From: Psammoneis japonica | Lineage: Eukaryota | DNA: 64,000 bases | NCBI GenBank assembly: GCA_008632985.1 | Contig: QPGO01000002.1 | Location: 558,001 to 622,000 of the forward strand | Reading direction: 5' to 3' | Shown: in pieces, positions 58,961 to 64,000 of the stretch | Layout: each line of letters begins with the position of its first letter | How positions within the stretch are numbered: position 1 is the stretch's first letter | Position numbers and translations under genes: made by a program | Notes under the pieces: generated by a model | Told to the model about the DNA's origin: nothing | What the model saw: only the letters and a program-made list of their open reading frames with translations | The model's database searches: none

Positions 58961-61900
58961 GTGATCTTCGCCTCCAGAAGAGGCAATGAAGCACTTGGCG
59001 ATGAATTCGGCCTCCTCCTGATGGGCAGCAGCAGCTTTCATCTTCTTCAATTGCTTCCTGCGGCTCAAACCACGCCTGCCACCAGTGGAGACTTCACGCA
59101 TGCTCCATGGGAGCAAATGCCTGCGGAGAAACATCACAACGACAAAAAGTCGGAAGCCAGATTTCCTGATGATGAATGTTTTGGCATGACAGATTGGCAC
59201 ACAATTGCAGGGAACAAGAGGAAGCAAAAACAACTGATGCTCGGTCAAGACCCTAGATGGCATCAAATGAACTCAACAGCGACGAACAGTGAACTGGACT
59301 GAACCACCACATTGCAGTTGAAAACTCTCCATTGAAGCCACTTCCATGCCATCGACAAGGGCCCAACTCACCTCGATGGAAAGAGCCATAAAGGCACCTC
59401 AGGACAGGGACCAAAAACGATGCTCCAGTGGTCCGGTGAGATTTCATCATCGTTCGTTGTGCCTTGTTGAAGCAAAGAAGACGCCGGCCAGCATTCAGCT
59501 CTCTGATCTCTCTGCTGAAAATGCAAATTGCAAGTCTCGAGGAAACACCTGTCAAGAAAAGACTTTCTGTCTTTGAGTCTGCTTCATTTTTTCGGCATCT
59601 CCGCACATTCAAGCTTCTTCAGTTGCTCAATGATTTGTTGGCGAGTTGGCCCTGGAACTTCTGTGATGCAGTTCCTCTCATCGTCTGCTGGCAGTGTGTC
59701 CCCACCAGCAGCACCAGCAGCATCCTGCCACAAGCGCTTCTGAGGTGAGCGCGTTGAACAGATCGCTCATGGTGAATGTGACAGGGACTGCGACAGCAGT
59801 GTGAGGTGTGAGATGAGTTTTGGTGTGTTTTCTGCGCATTTCTACGTGATTTGTGGTGCGAATGGTGAATGTTGCTTCGGGCGCGATGTTCGAGCTTTGG
59901 GCACGTGAATCGCGCAATTGTTTGGCAATTCGCAGTGTTCAGATTTGAGCAATTTTCATCAAATGCAGCATGAGTGTCCGCTGGTCTGTCCACACAAATT
60001 TGGAATGCCAACAACTCTCCTCCGCCCGGAAATCAATTGAAAAACGCCATCTGATCAAAGGTGTGTTCATTGGTGCACAAAGCAAAACACCTTTCATGAT
60101 GTGGTTCCTTTCCTCTTGCGTGGTGGAATGTTGGTTGTGAGGCTGCTGTGCCACATTTTCGAGTGACTCCTGCCGTTCATGTTGGTGCACAGGAGGGCAT
60201 GTGGTGTTGTGCATCCAGAGCACAAGTTCAACCTTGGAGACCATCTGAGCAACTTTCTTGGAGGAGTGGATGAGAGATGGCTTCTCCACTGGCACAGCAG
60301 GAGTGGTCATCTCAAAGCAGGCCATGGGCAATGGGGGCTTCAGCCAGCACATGTTGCTTGATGCACTTGGAGTTTTTCCAAAACACCCCAGCCAGCCATC
60401 TGCAACCCACACAATTGTCCAAGTGTTGGCAAAAAAAAGTTTAAAGTGCCTCTTGACACAGAGTCTTGGGGCTTTTCCCAGGGGTGATCCTTGACTTCCC
60501 CCAAGCACCACATGTTGTGCCAGTTGTTGATGGCTTCATTTTCTTTGGCGCAGCTTCTGCAAGGAGACAAAAAGTTGCTGTCTCTCTTGGAAATGCTGCA
60601 CCCCCTCATCCCAGCCAAGCCACAGTTGAATGGCAGAGAGGATCAGCCCCAGAGAGTGGCAGAGGTGTTTCAGCAGCTGTTTCTTGTCTTCCTTCCTTTT
60701 GTGTCACTCTCATGAAGAGAGTGGCCAAAGGGGAAAGAGGAGATGGGCTCCCATGGTGGTCAGCAGCACATGACGCTGTGTTTGCCAATGCAACAATGCA
60801 GAGCATGAAAGCAGGAGGTTCTGAGTTCCCACATGGATTTCAGTGACAGCAACCAGCACTGCATTCTTGCTTGCTGCCTGTGCTGTGCAAGCAAACAAAG
60901 CCAAGAGGCCACCAACCCCCCTCTGTGGTGGCTTGTCAACAGCTTTTCTGGTTTGCTCTTTGGAATCTTCTCATCATGTGGCAAGTTGAGGATGACAAAC
61001 ATGACTGCAGATGACCCTGGGCTTGATGCTGACCTGGTCAGGTTTTCTCTGCAGCCAACAAGGCAGAGGCAAGGGCAGGCTTGTCAACACAATGTGCGCA
61101 GCTCAGCAGCCTTCTTGAAGGTGGCAAAACAACTGAGTGTGTCAGTGACAGCTCAAAAAAAGCACCTGCTGTGCTGCAGGCATGAAGCAAGGGACAACAC
61201 ACTGAGGTTGGATGGACCAAACCTTGTCACATGGACTTCTGTGCAAGTCTGTGTTTGCAACATCTTGCTCAGTGACCATGCATGCAATCAAAATCTTGCA
61301 CGCACACAGCCTTGCACACATTGTCTCCATTCATGTGTTGTTTTGTGTGGGAACACCCCATTGCACACATTGTCAAGTGCAATGATTCACACACATTGCC
61401 CGCAGTGGGCAACCTGTCACAGCAAAAAAGACATCAAGTCTCAATCTACACTGCCACCGGCACAGCACCATCACTCCCATCAATTGTTGGTTTGGCAGCA
61501 TTGCTGATGCCGACTTGGCTGACCTTCACTTCACCTGCAAAAGCAATTCTGCAGCAGAAGGTCATGAAGGCAAGTTGCTCCTGTGCCACCAGTGTGAAGG
61601 CTGGTGCTGAAAGCATGGTCATCAACAGCGACATTTTTTTGTGTTTTCAAAAGATGCAACTGGGCATGCTGTCTGTGTGTGCAGGATTTTGCTCTTGCAG
61701 CCAGTGTGGAGGTGTCAGAGGTTGGGTCTGTTGGGGGAGAGGAGAGACTTGTGCAACAAGAAGTGATGTCACACTGTTGTCAACCCACACATCATGAACA
61801 AGAACAAAAAATGCTCAAGCACAACTTGCAGTTTGAGGGCACAGAGATTCTCTCCAAACCCCAGAAACCACCAGCAGCAAGCAATGGATTGTCTTTTCAG

Positions 61901-64000
61901 CCACACACACAACTTGGAAAACTTGTTGATGTGCAACAACAGCCAGTTTGGTGTTGCCATGGAATTCTCTGAATGTTCCTGGGATTGCCACCTTTTGCAG
62001 CATTCTTCTGCAGGGTGCATTGGTCCCTGGGGAATTGACATGAGAGCCACTTTGTCACACACATGCTGCAGGCATGCATGTGCAAAAATTGACACATTGG
62101 GGATTTCCCATGCTTCCCCTGTGCTCTCCACTGTGAGCTGCAAACCTGGGTCAAGAAAAAAATGTGCCAGTCACATGATGGCAATTGACTGCATCATCCC
62201 ATTTATGCCACAGCCTTGCACCATCCAACCACCATTTTCACACTTGTCATGGAAGCATGTTGTGGCATTGGAGAGTGGAAAAAAATGGCAGTGAGTTGCT
62301 TCACTCATTTGCACATGAGACTGAGCAAGTGCTGTGCAAAACACTTCACTTTTTCTGGTTGGTGCTGACTTGTGCCATTGACTGTTGCTGTCTGATGCCA
62401 CCTGCTGCACCTTGCAAGCAACAGTGTGGAAACTCCTTGCTGTGCATCTTTTCATTGTGGTTGTCTTGCACACAATGTTGTTGTCCAAGGATCTTTTGGG
62501 TGCACTGTGCACAGCCAACACCTTGGCTCACATGCCAGAACCTCCCCCCCCCATTCAACTGGGTGCCTGGCCCACAGGCCAGGGCTTCATGCAACCAGAA
62601 AGCCTCCTGCTGTGTGTCTCACTGTGCACCACTTGCTGGGCTCCCCTGTGGCACATGGGGTCAGCCATCACACTCCCCTCATCACAGCCTTTGATGTCTG
62701 CCACTCCAACTGGCCTGGTCTGACCCAGTGTGGCACCCTCTGCTGCCATTGTTGAGACCACCACCAACTCTTTCCGCAATCACAAAGTGGCAGTCACCTG
62801 GCTGTGGCTCCAACCACAGTGTTTGCAGCCACACTGGCTGGCATCATGTTGTGAGTGCAGCATGGGTTGTGATGGCATTGGCTGCTGTTGACTGCAAGAG
62901 CACAGTGGCTGAGCAGCAGTGTGACAGCACTTGTGCTTGCAAATGATGGACATTGCTTGAGATGGAGCTGTGGTGCTCAAAAGAGAGCACAGCAGTGCAG
63001 CCACTGCAGTGACTGCTGCAGAGCATGTGACAATGACTGCGTGACATGAGGTGCACTGACAACTCCCACAATGCTCAGCTGTGCTGCCTCCTCAAGTCAG
63101 TGCAACTCCTTTTGACTGATGCAGGTTCCTTTTTTGATGCACTCCCTGAGATGATTGGCGGGATGATGTGTGCACTGTGCTTCATCTGCAAAGCCCAGCA
63201 GATGGGGTCCAACTCCAAGAGCTGCTGCTCACGCAAGCTCTGGTGAGTGGGATGATGAAGTGGTGACTTCACTTTCTTGTTTGTCTTTGACTGCTTGTCC
63301 TGGCGTGGTGGGGGGCAGTGCAGGGTCCATCTTCAAGATCTGTGGTGCTCCAAGAGCATCATGTGGAGCAAGGTCACATGCAGTGTCCTTTGGTCAGCAT
63401 TTGCCCAGAACAGTTTATTCTGGTGGGAACTGGATCAAACTTGGGTTGCCATCAGACACTCTCTCTCCCCTTTGAAGAGGCCAGTGACCCCATGACTCAG
63501 GACATTGCTGTGGCAATTGCCAGCCTTGCAGATCCTGCTTGGCTTGCTGTTGGTCAATGGAAGTTTGTGATTGACTCTTGGCTGCTGACTGATCAAGTTG
63601 TGTCCTCACCTGCACCATCACCTGCCACTCCAAACAAGAGTCAAAGTGCAAGAGTTGTGCCCTGACCTGCATCAGGACCTGCCACTCTGGAAGAAGAGTC
63701 AAAGCAAGGTGCTGACCCTCAAGTTGAAGATGGATTTTGGGTGCCTTTTGGCACATGGCAGAGGAGACCAACAAGGATGCTGGCTCACTTTGGTGGCCTG
63801 TCAGACCCTTTTTGCCCTCTCTCCCTGCCAAGAACTGGAAAAGATTGTCAGATGGATGCAAGGAGATCTTGACCATCTCCACCACAAGAGTTCATCCCCA
63901 CACAACTTGTGGCACCAAGAGATTGAGAAGAGCACAGATGTTGCCATGCACATCTTGGATGTCAAATCAACTGCTCCCAACTCTGATGCCAACATGCTCT

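Larger units (their letters stand above)
57095..59940. mobile_element. Non-autonomous long-TIR (Mutator-like) element with captured fragments; ends approximate
   Basis: ~130-bp imperfect inverted repeats at ~57097-57228 and ~59818-59940 (ACAATTGCGCGATTCACGTGC..GCCCGAAGCAACATTC..AATCACGTAGAA); no TSD or transposase found. Confidence 0.6.

Overview
Eukaryotic DNA, most likely a diatom (CoDi-like copia elements, short GT-AG introns, a bipartite plastid-targeting signal, an RXL-motif secreted peptide). The window alternates between two compositional states. (1) An ordinary gene-rich block at ~34.6-52.2 kb and ~54.6-57.0 kb holds two sulfotransferase-like paralogs, a secreted tandem SET-domain protein, a Ser/Met-repeat peptide precursor, a BTB protein, TIM50, a ClpC-like chaperone and two aspartic-protease-like paralogs. 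(2) Repeat-rich blocks at ~0.3-12.6, 13.5-34.5, 52.3-54.5 and 57.3-64 kb are strongly depleted of the dinucleotide TpA. They contain two nested Ty1/copia LTR retrotransposons, two copies of a 0.45-kb TRIM with a tRNA-like Pol III promoter, a long-TIR element carrying a chorismate synthase fragment, and decaying host-like genes. Main result: LTR-pair alignments and conserved protein motifs show directional, post-integration, both-strand TpA->TpG/CpA (A:T->G:C) hypermutation restricted to repeat domains. This is the reverse direction of fungal RIP and a candidate undescribed genome-defence or mutator process. No responsible enzyme is identifiable in this window, and novelty could not be checked against the literature. 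All alignments and counts were done by eye.
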